DNA of 64,000 nucleotides. It comes from the human T2T-CHM13v2.0 reference genome, Homo sapiens. The stretch is taken from NCBI RefSeq assembly GCF_009914755.1, contig NC_060939.1. One strand, 5' to 3'. Each line of letters starts with the position of its first letter. The stretch's first letter is position 1. A model generated the notes under the pieces. That model was not told where the DNA came from. It saw only the letters and a list, made by a program, of their open reading frames with translations, and ran no database searches. The position numbers and the translations under genes are program-made. Positions 1 through 15,383 of the stretch are shown piece by piece.

Positions 1-258
1 TTTTTCTGAGACAGGGTCTTACTCTGTCACCCAGGGTAGAGTGCAGTGGCAAAATCACAGTTCACTGCAGCTTTGACCTCATGGGCTCAGGTGATACTTC
101 CACCTCAGCCTCCTGAGTAGGTGGGGCTACAGGCCCATACTACCATGCCTGGCTAATTTTTTGATTTTGTAGAGAAAGAGCTTTGTCATATTGCCTAGGC
201 TGGTCTCCAACTCCTGGACTCAAGTGATCTGCCCACTTCAGTCTCCCAAAGAACTGGA
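1..258 (-). mobile_element. Alu (old, AluJ-like, partial)
   Basis: Antisense Alu consensus. Confidence 0.85.
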
Positions 259-352
259 ATATTTATAATTTTTGAAAAGGTTAAGTTTCTTAAGGTGTAG
301 ATCTAATTAGCTCAGAATTCTGTCCAAATGTTTTTGTTTAATATATACTTAC

Positions 353-455
353 TTAAAAAGATTGTCCATCAGGTATCTATAGTTAGGCTGACTACTTTCA
401 GGCATGAAACAGACAGCAAACACAACAATGGCATTTAATCCATCCCCATAATATC
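353..455 (-). CDS. BNIP2: BNIP2 exon 6 (103 nt): [35 protein letters not shown]
   Basis: Acceptor tttttag|GA and donor AA|gtaagt; phase 1 to 2; too short for the ORF track. Confidence 0.96.
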
Positions 456-838
456 CTAAAAAAGAAACCAAAGACAGTATCACCAGCACGATTTTACTCT
501 TAGACATTTTTAGAAGACATCTGTATGATTAGTAAATTATAAATAAGAGTTTACTTTTCACAGATTTCTGTATTAAATGTATGTTTTGTAAATCTTATAT
601 GGTCTTATATAGAATTTTAATGTCTTCTTCCCAAAAAGAGAACAGTAAAATTTAAAGAGGACGGTGGACAGAAAAAACAAAAAAACCCAAGACCACTTAA
701 ATTCGCATATTTAAAAAGCCAGCCCTATTTTAGCAGGTAGACAAATATAGTGATATAACCCAATACAATACAGACACAATACAATAACTGCAATGTATTT
801 TTATTTATTTCTATGATGCTTATGGTTAAAGTGGGTGC

Positions 839-1127
<289 letters not shown>

Positions 1128-1140
1128 AAAGTGGGTGCTT

Positions 1141-1438
1141 TTTTAAATTTTTTTTTAGAGGATAGCATCTTGCTCCATTGCCCAGGATGGAGTGCAGTGG
1201 CACAATCACAGCTCATGCAGCCTTGAACTTCTGGGCTCAAGGGATCTTCCCACCTCATAGCCTCCAGAGGAGCTGGGGATACAGCGCACACAAACATGCC
1301 TGGTTAACCTTTATAAAATTTTTTTTGTAGAGATAGGGTTTCACTGTGTTGCTCAGACTGGTCGTGAACTCCTGGCCTTAAGCAATCCTCCTCCTTTGGC
1401 CTCCCAAAGCACTGGGCATGAGCCACATCGCCAGAGCC
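1141..1438 (-). mobile_element. Alu (AluJ-like)
   Basis: Diverged antisense Alu. Confidence 0.88.
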
Positions 1439-1520
1439 ATAAGTGGGTGATTTTTAAAAGGTAAGTTTATATTTAAAAATGCTAGCATTTTGTAGAAATT
1501 AGGACATTAAAACTAAATTA

Positions 1521-1840
<320 letters not shown>

Positions 1841-2684
1841 ACTAAATTACATCTCTGACATAATTTTCAGTAATGGAAAACAGCGCTAAAATATGTATGT
1901 TTCAACAGCAGTCTTTAGATATTAAGCCAATATTTAGTAGCAAATACTTCTGCTTTAACCTTCATTTCTATTGCTTACAAATTTGCACATGAAAAGATTT
2001 GAACATTTCAAGAACATCAGAATCTTCACTACCTTTCTTAATCACTCAGTCACAAAATATATTAAGTGTGATAATGCAATAAAATAAGGTGGTCTTATTT
2101 TCCCCTATAAAAAAAGTGCTATTTCTGAAAGATAAGAGATTTAAGCCATAAATCAGGTCTTATAATTTGATTCCTGTGAACTAGCTGAATAATGTATGTC
2201 TGTGGACTTCCTGATGCAGATTACGCCATTTTCTTCATCTGAGTACGATTAAATTAGGCAGAAGAATGCAACTACAAATATTCATGTGATTTGCTTTCAG
2301 ATGAATGAAGACTGTAGAAATAAGCAGGGGAATGCATCTGGCAGAGAGTAAATCAAGTGGAAATGACCCTGAAAAAAAATCAATCTGCTTGACCCATATG
2401 CCCTCCGTCCTGTGTTAGGAGGATTTAAGGTAGTATGTCATGCTCTACAGTGAGTTGTGTTCTGACTTACCACTAACATTCTAGCACTATTTACAATGTG
2501 CCTAGGTTAACTTCTATATATGGTACTGTTAGATTGAAAGGATTTATAACTTAAACTTTTATGGTTTTTCCTATTTCTTAAGGGCAGGGACTTAAGCCTT
2601 GTATTTTTGTATATCCCATAAGTATGGAAAGTGGCTGCTGTATAGAAGTGTGGAGTGAACTAGTTCTCTATTAAAAAATAATTT

Positions 2685-3019
<335 letters not shown>

Positions 3020-3045
3020 TTAAGGTTAAAAAGTCCAAGTTTTAG

Positions 3046-3835
<790 letters not shown>

Positions 3836-3886
3836 TAGGGAGACTGTTCAGTCCCAGTTTTGGGTAGCCTAGAGACAGTTTAAAAA

Positions 3887-4207
3887 ATTTTTTAATTTTG
3901 AGACAGGGTCAAAAACCAAAACAAAACAAAACACTAGAGTGCAGTGGGATGATCACGGCCACTGAAGCCTCATCTTCCCAAGCTCAAGCTCTCTCTCCTC
4001 CCAACCCAGCCTCCTAAGTAGCTGGGACTACAGGCATATGCCACCACTCCTGGCTAATTTTATTTATTTTTTTATTTTTTTTATTTTTTTGTGGAGACGA
4101 GGTCTATGTTGCCCAAGCTGGTCCTGAACTCCTGGGCTCAAGTAATCCTCCTGCCTCAGCCTCCCAAATTGCTGGGATTACAAACCTGAGCCACCGTGCC
4201 CAACCTG
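3887..4207 (-). mobile_element. Alu (AluJ-like)
   Basis: Antisense Alu. Confidence 0.85.
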
Positions 4208-4403
4208 ACAGTTTTCACTACAAATTCTTTTGTACTTTTTCAACTTACTGTATGCATATAATCATTTTTAAATGGTACTTTTATTCTTTTACTTTAAACC
4301 TGTCATGTTTCTAAAATGAATGAGAAATGCTTATTATTCTTTCAAAATTACATAATATCTCTAGGCAGAGTTTCTAAAAGTATTTAGAATTCTGATATTG
4401 CAT

Positions 4404-5577
4404 GAGACGGCTAGGGCAGGCGAGCGCAGTGGAGTGCCGCGCGGTGCGGTGCGGGCGGCAGAGTTGGGGTGTCATGGAGGATGAGCGGAGCTTTTCGGAT
4501 ATCTGCGGTGGCCGCCTGGCCCTGCAGCGCCGCTACTACTTCCCTTCCTGCCGGGAATTCTGCCTCAGCTGCCCTGGGCTCTCGCTGCGTTCGCTCACCG
4601 CTGTCACCTGCACGGTGTGGCTGGCAGCCTACGGACTCTTCACCCTCTGCGAGAACAGCATGATCCTCTCTGCTGCCATCTTCATCACCCTCTTAGGTCT
4701 GCTTGGTTATCTCCATTTTGTGAAGATTGATCAGGAGACTGTTAATCATTGATTCCCTTGGCATTCAGATGACTTCATCTTATGCTTCAGGCTAAGAAAG
4801 CACTACCTTCATAGAAATGGGCAAGGTCAAGGATATTGTCATCAATGAGGCTATTTACATGCAGAAGGTGATTTACTACCTCTGCATCTTATTGAAGGAT
4901 CCAGTGGAACCACATGGGATATCCCAAGTAGTACCCGTCTTCCAGAGTGCCAAGCCCCGGCTGGACTGCTTGACTGAAGTATACAGGAGCTGCCAGGGGA
5001 TCCTGGCACACCAGAAAGCCACATCAACAAGCCCATGAGCCCCAGCGTTCAGAAGGCCAGCATTGTCTTCCATGGGAGATGACTCTTAAGCCATAAGGGT
5101 TGGTTTTCCGTACTCCAAACCATCAGGTGGACACAGTCCTAGGAACCATTATGGATATAGTGCATCTCAGAGCCATAGAGCAGGTGACTGGAAATCTAAC
5201 TCAGTATATTTCCACGTATTATAGTGTTTTCCTTGTAAGGTTTTGCCTACTTTACCAAAGGAGGGGAGACCTTAAGAATTTTGACACAGTATGTCAAAAG
5301 TAATGTCAGCAAAGAACATTGGGAAATTGCTAAGCATGTTCAGGTTTACTTTGTTGATGTTTGTGAAGCAAAACAATGGGAAACTGACATCAGATGTCTT
5401 GAGAAAGCTATATTTTCCATTAGTGCCCCTTGTGTAAAGTTACAAAAAAAACAAGCCCTCCAGGAACTGGTTAGCAGGAAGAAATGTCCTACAAAAGACG
5501 AGTCTCTCAACCTAGCGCCTGTGTTCTGTACAGGGCTTATTTACTCTTAATAAACAGATATCCTTCCAAAAAAAAAA
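4404..5577 (+). pseudogene. PIGHP1: Processed pseudogene of PIGH (GPI-GlcNAc transferase subunit H)
   Basis: Intronless MEDERSFSDICGGRLALQRRYY...HQKATSTSP (ATG 4474, stop 5036-5038); 2-bp deletion near 4740; TAA at 4793-4795; AATAAA 5549-5554; poly(A) 5568-5577; TSD AGAATTCTGATATTGCAT at 4386-4403 and 5577-5594. Confidence 0.97.
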
Positions 5578-5627
5578 GAATTCTGATATTGCATTAAACA
5601 ATCTGAAAAATCCTCAGTAACTCTTAC

Positions 5628-5804
5628 CCCCATGGCTGATAACTTTTTTATAGGGTTCAATTGCCTTCATATCAACCCTGTGGTCCTGTTCTCCAATCCT
5701 GAACATACGCCAGCGTCGTCCATCTTCTTTTTCCTCTGCTGCTGTGTATTCAGTAATTGAGCCTTTCCTAATTACTTCAGTAGTCTTGGGTTTTGGAAGA
5801 TCAT
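5628..5804 (-). CDS. BNIP2: BNIP2 exon 5 (177 nt): DDLPKPKTTEV...KKVISHG
   Basis: ttttgacag|AT ... GGGG|gtaaga; within ORF 5614..5832. Confidence 0.97.
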
Positions 5805-7308
5805 CTGTCAAAATAAAAAGTTTTTGAATCACAAATTGTTACACAACAAAAATCAAATTATACGTTAACCACTTTACTACCTAGATTTTACAGAGAATTT
5901 TCATTATACCATCTGCACAATTTTAAATCTCTCTTCCGTAAAGGAGGAAAAGGCTTATTCTTAACATGAGGCTGTTTTATGTCTTTGGAAATCATGGTTC
6001 TTTAACTTTTATTGCCCAATTTAGCAAAAACCACCTAATCATAGTGAAACGTGTATCCACAAGTTCAGAAAATATAATTTGTAGAGTCATCAAAATCTTA
6101 GTACACTGGCCTTACAATGCCTTTCCAGATTCAACTTGTGACAATATTCTCCCTGGCAGTTATGACTATAGGTTACTTCAAGTAGCTATCTGGGAGCCAA
6201 TTTTGTTGTTGTTGAGCACATAAATTAACTGTAATACCAGATAGGAAGTGGTTAACTACTCAATGATCACTTCTCATTTGATCAGTTTTATAAAGCAGAA
6301 ATGTATTTATAATACTTTGAAGTATACATGCAGAAGTCTATTTAAATTAGCATTAGCCAAAGCATAAGCACCAATGATTAAGTGTAATTTATGTTTTGAG
6401 ATTGCAGTTTAGCTGATTTTCAATGTAGTAATAATTTTCAAAATTTCAGTATTATAGTCCTTACCAAAAGATGGGGGGAGGGGGAAACCTACTGCATGTT
6501 AGTTGTTTCCAAGACAAAGCTGTTAACGGAAAATATCCTTCCAGGAAATGACTACAGCAGCATTAAAGAAAGAAGAGACAAAACACATAGGCACAAAACT
6601 ATTTCAGTATCTTTACAAAGTATTGCTTACTACTGGACTGTTTATTGAACCAGTAAAACAGGGAAGAAAAAAGAAACCAAAAATATAGCATATCACACTT
6701 TATTACAGTAAAATACTGAATGCTAAACACTACTATGAAAACAAAATCATTTTCAAGATGGAAAAAAATATGTAAAAATTATAACAACTATATATAAGAT
6801 ACTGTAGACAATTTTGTAATTAAAGAAAGCATGCAAAGTAAAACAGCACAATTCCTTTGAATTACAAGTAATAAGGAATACTAGGTTCGGGGGCTAAAAG
6901 TATACATTAATTTAAGTTGGTCATTTCACAAAGTAGAGCAATGTCAGGCAAACCTACTTAAAAAGTCACCCCAAATGCCTCCTTTCAGAACTCCCTTCCC
7001 ACAAACTGTTAACTATATGTCTCTTCAAAAGTTTCTTACTTGATTGACTGAAAAAGAGCATGCCATAATTATCAAGAAATATTTTTGAAACAGCTATGAA
7101 AAAAACATGAGAGCAGTGGGCAAATAAGAGGGCAAAAAAGCCACTGGTGTACTCTATACACACTTTTTAAGTCCTTGAGAATATTCAAGGGTTAGCACAA
7201 TTTCCTATCTTAGTAACAAATATATGAACTTTAGAAAGAATGATGTATTTCAAACAAAATCCCTTAGTACATTAATAAAGATCAGATTAAAAACAGTGAA
7301 ACATTTAC

Positions 7309-7485
7309 CTTCCCACTCAAACTCATTACTATTCTCTGACGGTGTGTCTAAGCCATCTAAGTCAATCTCCCCACTTTCATCCAAATCATCTGACAATACA
7401 GAGCCATCACTAGGATCCAGTGTCAGGCTAATGTCTGGAGCCATTAGTTTCTTTCTCACTTTATTTCCATTAACTTCTAGTGAGC
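7309..7485 (-). CDS. BNIP2: BNIP2 exon 4 (177 nt): GSLEVNGNKVRKKLMAPD...NEFEWE
   Basis: ttccag|GC ... GAAG|gtaaat; overlaps ORF 7250..7459. Confidence 0.97.
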
Positions 7486-7957
7486 CTGGAATTGGAAAAT
7501 AAAGAAAAAGATACGTAACAAGGAATGCTTAGATGCTAAAGTTGAATAAGAAAAATTTTAACTACCCCATTCTTGGGAAAAAATAATATTAATTGAACAT
7601 AATTTCAAAGCACCTATTCACAAAATTTTTATTCTGATCATTATTGCTTCTACATCGTTGGCAAGAGATCAATAAAGTATCAATGTCTTTTAAATAGAGG
7701 CAGACCTTATAGATACCTCTTACCACTAAAAATGATCTCCTCCACCCCTTTACTGTAAAACTTTCCAAAAACCAAGTGTATGTTTTTGGAATTTTTTTTA
7801 AAGCATTCTAAAAATGCTTTCCTCAATGTTCAACTTATACTTTGACTTCTATGATGGAATAAAAACTCAAGTTTTTTTTTTTTTTGGACAAAGAAACGTG
7901 TTTTAAAAAATAACACAAAGTCCATAATTTCAATGAAAGTAAGTGTCAAGCTCTTAC

Positions 7958-8025
7958 CAGGCTGGTCCTCTGGTCCAGTTATAGCTAGTATATCTGCTTC
8001 AATACTATCATCTTCTGGTAAAGGT
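7958..8025 (-). CDS. BNIP2: BNIP2 exon 3 (68 nt): PLPEDDSIEADILAITGPEDQP
   Basis: cttctag|A ... CCTG|gtaaga; phase 2 to 1. Confidence 0.97.
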
Positions 8026-8142
8026 CTAGAAGACACAGGCATACTTTTTAATCCAGAAATTAAGAAAGAATTTTTTTTTGAAGTTCAATCTATTAAACAT
8101 ACAGCTTATAGAAATAATTATTTGGAAAATGGAATAAAGCAG

Positions 8143-8613
8143 TGTTGTTGTTTTTGAGACAGGGTCTTGCTGTCTGTCACCTAGGCTGGAATACAATGGC
8201 ACAATCATGGCTCACTGCAGCCTTAACTCCTGGGCTCAAGAGATCCTCCCGAGTATCTAAGACTACAGGTGCGTGCCACGACGCTTGGCTAATTTTTAGT
8301 ACAGACAGGGTCTTGCTATGTTACCCAGGCTGGCCTTGAACTTTTGGGCTCAAACGATTCTCGTGCATTGACCTCCCTAAGTGTTGGGATTACAGGCATG
8401 AGCCACTGTGCCCAGCCTAGCAGTGTTTAAGATAAAGCCTCAGCCTTCTGAGTAGCTAGGACTACAGTGGCACACCAACATGCCCAGCTAATTTTAAAAG
8501 TTTTTTTGGTAGAGACCGGGTATTGCTATGTTGCCCAGGCTGGTCTCAAGCAATCCTTCTGCCTTGGCCTCCCAAAGCACTAGGATTATAGGCGTGAGCT
8601 GCTATGCCTGGCT
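8143..8613 (-). mobile_element. Two adjacent old Alus (about 8143-8418 and partial 8437-8613)
   Basis: Antisense Alu consensus. Confidence 0.85.
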
Positions 8614-9165
8614 ACACTTTCAAAGTAAAAATTCTGACTGTCAGAGCTGACTTATACACTTATTATATATAAGTAACACATAAAAGTAGATATAAATTCC
8701 TTATGCAACAGCTCTTATACAATTATAAAACATGTAACAATTTTAAACAAATATGACTGAAATGCACAAATATAATGTGATGTATGATGCAATGTATGAA
8801 GCTCAATTTTTACTCACGAGACTACAGTAACAATGGTTCAATTCTTCTGAGATCAGCATTCCTATATTTACTATCACCACCATATGCAACAGTGACTCAG
8901 GTCTCCGATCAGCTGTCCAACTGCTAAGCTATCCAACTGCTAAGGCACCTGATTATGCACTAGGATGTCTTCTGACAAGTATGGCACGGAAGCACTATTT
9001 AAACATAAGGTCTGCCTTTGCTCTCTTTTTCATTAGCCTACCTGGTGCCAATATAATTGTAAATACAAATGCAAACATGTTAAGGTGGCTGGCCAGATAA
9101 GCTAGAAAATCCTTATTAATTTACTTAGTAAGGTTTTTTTTTTTTTGGTGGGGGGGAACCCACAA

Positions 9166-9462
9166 ATTTTTTTTTTTTTTTTGAGATAGAGCCTTGCTCG
9201 GTCGCCCAAGCTGGAGTGCAGCAGCGCGACCTTGGCTCACGGCAAACCCTGCCTCCTGGGTTCAGGTGATTCTTGTGCCTCTGCCTCCTAAGCAGCTGGG
9301 ACTACAGGCGAGCGCCAAGCCTGGCTAATTTTTTGTATTTTTAGTAGAGACGGGGTTTCACCATGTTGGCCACGTTGGTCTCAAACTCCTGGCCTCAAGT
9401 GATCTGCCTATCTCGGCCTCCCAAAGTGCTGGGGTTACAGGCGTGAGCCACCGCACCTGGCC
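9166..9462 (-). mobile_element. Alu
   Basis: Full length antisense. Confidence 0.9.
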
Positions 9463-9765
9463 ACAAAATTAAAGAAACATTTTAAAGACAACTAAAGACC
9501 TCCTTCTCTGAGGAATCCCTCAGATCTTGTTTAAATGAAAACAAAAACAAAACAAAACAAACAAACCACACTAAAACACTTTATTATAAAAGCAAAAATT
9601 TGCAAACTTAAGTGACCAAAACAAAAATGAAAGATTATAGAAGATTATATATATACTTGGTTGGAAAGTAAGATACAAGAGAATCAATCTAACTGTTCCG
9701 AAGAAACTTTTACTTCCTAGTATCAAATGATCGCCTTGTATTACTGAGTTTCTCAGTGACATCTC

Positions 9766-10091
<326 letters not shown>

Positions 10092-10124
10092 CTAAAATTG
10101 TTTTCTTTTAAAAGCATTGCTCAC

Positions 10125-10174
10125 ATCGGAAAATCTTCATCTTGCCATTCTTCTTTAAGTTCCACACCTTCCAT
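10125..10174 (-). CDS. BNIP2: BNIP2 exon 2, coding part from canonical ATG: MEGVELKEEWQDEDFP(I)
   Basis: ATG at 10174 in strong Kozak context (AGG ATG G); donor AT|gtgagc. Confidence 0.96.
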
Positions 10175-10231
10175 CCTCAGCCTGGATTCAATGTCAACTA
10201 CAAACTCTTGATAATCCAGGGAGCCAATGTC
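10175..10231 (-). other. BNIP2: BNIP2 exon 2 leader (57 nt), stop-free in frame: DIGSLDYQEFVVDIESRLR
   Basis: Acceptor ttctctcttcatag|GAC at 10231; 19 sense codons before the ATG. Confidence 0.9.
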
Positions 10232-11152
10232 CTATGAAGAGAGAAAAATGTATAACTTAATTTCCACTTTACTTTTTATCCACTGAAAAGGCGTGATAAT
10301 CTTATATATTAGTTCATACTTGATGTTTAGTACAATGGTCTGGTCATGAAATTCATTTACAGGGTTGCAATTTTTTTTTTTTTTTAAAGAAAAGAGAATA
10401 CTCAGACTACATATATTCTGGGAAAGTTAAATACTGTTTATAGTAAGGATACTGTTCAGTGAAAATACTTGTTTTCAGTTGCATGTATAGTATCTCAGGT
10501 TATGATTGAAAATATATTTCATACTATGGATTATATTAAAAAATTTGAAGTGGGGTAAGAAATAAAAATGTTCTTTATTACAGACTCATAATTAAATTTC
10601 CTGTCCCTTGGATAGAGGTTGATTCTAGACCGTAAATAATAGTAAATCAATAATATTTAAACTCATGATTCAGCAGAGTCAGGTGGTGTGCTGTCTTTCA
10701 TATTTCCTTCTCAATAGTTTGATGCCACAATTCCTGAGCCACTTAAAGAAGTCTATTCAATAACTTGTCCCGTAAATGAATTATGCAATCTTTTGATTTG
10801 TTTCATATCTATACTATGCCCTTCTCATATAGCTCGGCATATGTTTTCAAACACTGAACTTGGTGAATGCCCTTTTATGCAACTACGTATTTTAACATAT
10901 GCCATGAACTTTAGTTTTAGTTTTTCCAAGGAATCACGTGAGTGCCAATATCCTCATTTTAAAAGTAAGAAATCTAGAGATACTCCCTCTGGTGATGGAG
11001 TAAGAAATAGAAGTTGAGGTAAGGTAAAGATCAACTGGTTAACAATGCAACAAAACAGTGAAAACTATAGAAGGAAAGAGGTATACACGAGTATTTAGTT
11101 CATTTACATTCAAGTCAATAGATGTCTAAAGTTATTCAACAAACAGCAGTAA

Positions 11153-11565
<413 letters not shown>

Positions 11566-12935
11566 CTAATGCTTTTCATAGTAAGTCCGTCTATACCATT
11601 TGATTTTTAAAACAATACTATCTGTGACTTTAAAAGATATTTATTAAATAAAATCAATTATGTCAGCCATTCACATCAACCAGTCTTCTAAAAGAAAAAT
11701 GTGGTCATGTCCTATAGCTATCTTATCTGCTACGTCAACATTCAAAAGATGCACAAAGTTACATAGAAAAAAGCCTTATGTTCCGTAATGACAAAATTAC
11801 AATGGAAATATCCTGAAGTGTTAGATTTCACAAGGTAAACTAAATTTGTATCTCTGCCAAGGCTGGAAGGCTCTCTTCCCAGTTTGAATTTTTACTTATA
11901 CTCAAGAGAAGGTTTTAAACATTCCCAAAAGGTTTCAATGTTTGATGATACACTTGTTACCACAGAAAAAAAATGGTAGATGCTGACTTTTCCACACCAA
12001 CTTATTTGCTTGAAAAAGTCATTTACATATAGGAGTAAGGTTTTTAATTCTCTGGGAAAACAATGATCTAGGCAGTTTTTATAAGTTAATGAAAAACATT
12101 TAAAATAATCTTTACTTATTTAGCACTTTCTCTGTTGGGAGGGAAAAATAAACAAAAAGAGGGACACCTACCTTACCAAACAATCCCCTCTGTTTAGAAC
12201 AGAAATAGTAGAAAGGAGCCCACAATTACAATCAACAAGCCCAAATGGTGAAAATACTTACTACTCTAGAATTACAATGCTCAAGTGAGACCAAAGCATT
12301 CTATGACTAAAGGCTGAAAACTGCTAAGTCTTTTCTAGATGTTTAATTTACTGTATTTCCCAATGTTTAACTTTTCTTAAGTCTTTGGTACTCACTCTAA
12401 AGCGAATGATGTATTTTCCTAAATTCAATAATCAGAAAAGCTTTCTATTATCTTGTCGTACCTTTTTATTGTGTGTTGAAAAAAACACCAGGATGTTGTC
12501 TGGGTGTCTTTTTCAAATATCTCAAATACTCAGAAAAATATTTAGCATTTCAAAAATAAAAGCAGAAACTGAAAGTTGTACCCAATATATTCCCAACACC
12601 TACCATGGTGCCTAGCACATAACAGGCCTATAAAAATTAAGTAAATAATACTTACCTGTAGGGTATGGACACTGGTCAGCAAACCTTTGCTCAATCTCTT
12701 AGGCTTATTTTGCTTATTAAACTACATGAATAGGATTTGTCACGTGTTACCCCATAAAAATGTAACAAAAATATTCTGTGGGAAACTACACACCAGCAAT
12801 ATTAATTTCTATTTGTAAAATTGTTCCTCACTGGTAAGAGGAAAGGTTTATCTTGGGAAATTCTAGAAGACAATCCATTCCTTTCAGCTGCTTAACCAAT
12901 GGAACAAGTTTGTCTCTGTGAAAACAGCTCCTTGA

Positions 12936-13287
<352 letters not shown>

Positions 13288-13985
13288 TCAGCTATCTCAG
13301 CCTATTTATTCCATTTTTACCTTAATATCATATTGAATCATGTGTTAATACCTCAGCACATAGACATGGATATTTAGTTTGAGGATAATCAATTATCTAG
13401 TTAAACAGAACTTGGGGAGGGAGATATAGATAGATTTACTCTACCATTTCATCATGAATTTTAGGGGAAAAGTACACTAGGTAGATCAAAACAATTTAAA
13501 CAATTGAGGGAGTACTGTTTCTTGGAAGCACTTTATCATCAAACAGCTGTTAAGAACAGGAAACAAACAAGAAAGGAGTTAATATAACCACAACCTCTTC
13601 GAAGAAAATCAGGATACTGCTGACTCACAAGTTAACTGTTGTTGCTTCCCATTTCTTGTTCATGTATTTTTTTTTGGAAATTAGAATGGGAAATAACACT
13701 TTAAGATGATATTTGTTAAAATAACCTGTTGGCACAGGAATAACTTGATTTCTCAATAGATTGACTCTTGGTAGTGGTGGCACATCCTTATGCCACTTAC
13801 TTGTTGCAGTCATAAAGATAAATTCAAAACAGTTGTTGACCTTAGGTTAAAAATCAAAGAGATAATTGATTCCTTCTGACATAGCTTCAAGGGGGAGGAG
13901 TACTGGTAAATCCAACCAGGATGAAGCAGCTTTCCCCAGGCAGTTTAGCAACATAAGCAAAAATTAAATGTTAAGATCACATTTA

Positions 13986-14112
13986 GGCCAGGCTCAGTGG
14001 CTCACTCCTGTAATCCTAACACCTTTGGAGGACAAGGTGGGAAGATGGTTTAAGCCCAGAAGTTCAAGCCTAGCTTGGGCAACACAGTGAGATCTGTCTC
14101 TACAATTTTTTT
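13986..14112 (+). mobile_element. Alu left monomer / FLAM
   Basis: Monomeric Alu sequence. Confidence 0.8.
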
Positions 14113-14322
14113 TAAGATCGCATTAGAACTGTTTAGATTATAACACAATTTTACACAGTGATTTTACTATATGCAGTTTAATACTGGTGCTGCAATAGGT
14201 GCCAGTAATGACCGTTTATGCGGAAATCAATTACAGTAGGCAGATGGAAACGCCCGGGCAAGCCTTTCACTTCCCCATTTAAACAAAAAGGTTTCATTCT
14301 AAACATTTATGTTCACTTTTTA

Positions 14323-14826
<504 letters not shown>

Positions 14827-15032
14827 TCAAAAGATGACTGTGCCACCTACAAAAGTTACATTTATTGTCACTATGCGGAACACACTTGAAAATGCTGAGA
14901 TCTTTAAAAAGATAATCTACTAACTGATGTCTCAGTTTGTTGTAGTTAGAAATATTAGTTGCAAAATAAAACTATAATCGTGGAATATTACTATCACCAC
15001 ATTATACTAGTATTCTGCTTTATAGGATGTAA

Positions 15033-15383
<351 letters not shown>

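Noticed and set aside
4474-5038. PIGH copy as a functional retrogene
   Set aside because: Frameshift near 4740 and nonsense codon at 4793-4795
8812-9045. GTGAGT donor at 8817 as a coding alternative exon
   Set aside because: The frame needed to join exon 3 has a stop within 7 codons
14182-14210. Hairpin TACTGGTGCT...GGTGCCAGTA as a possible small RNA
   Set aside because: Only 6 Watson-Crick pairs plus wobble pairs; no snoRNA, tRNA or miRNA features
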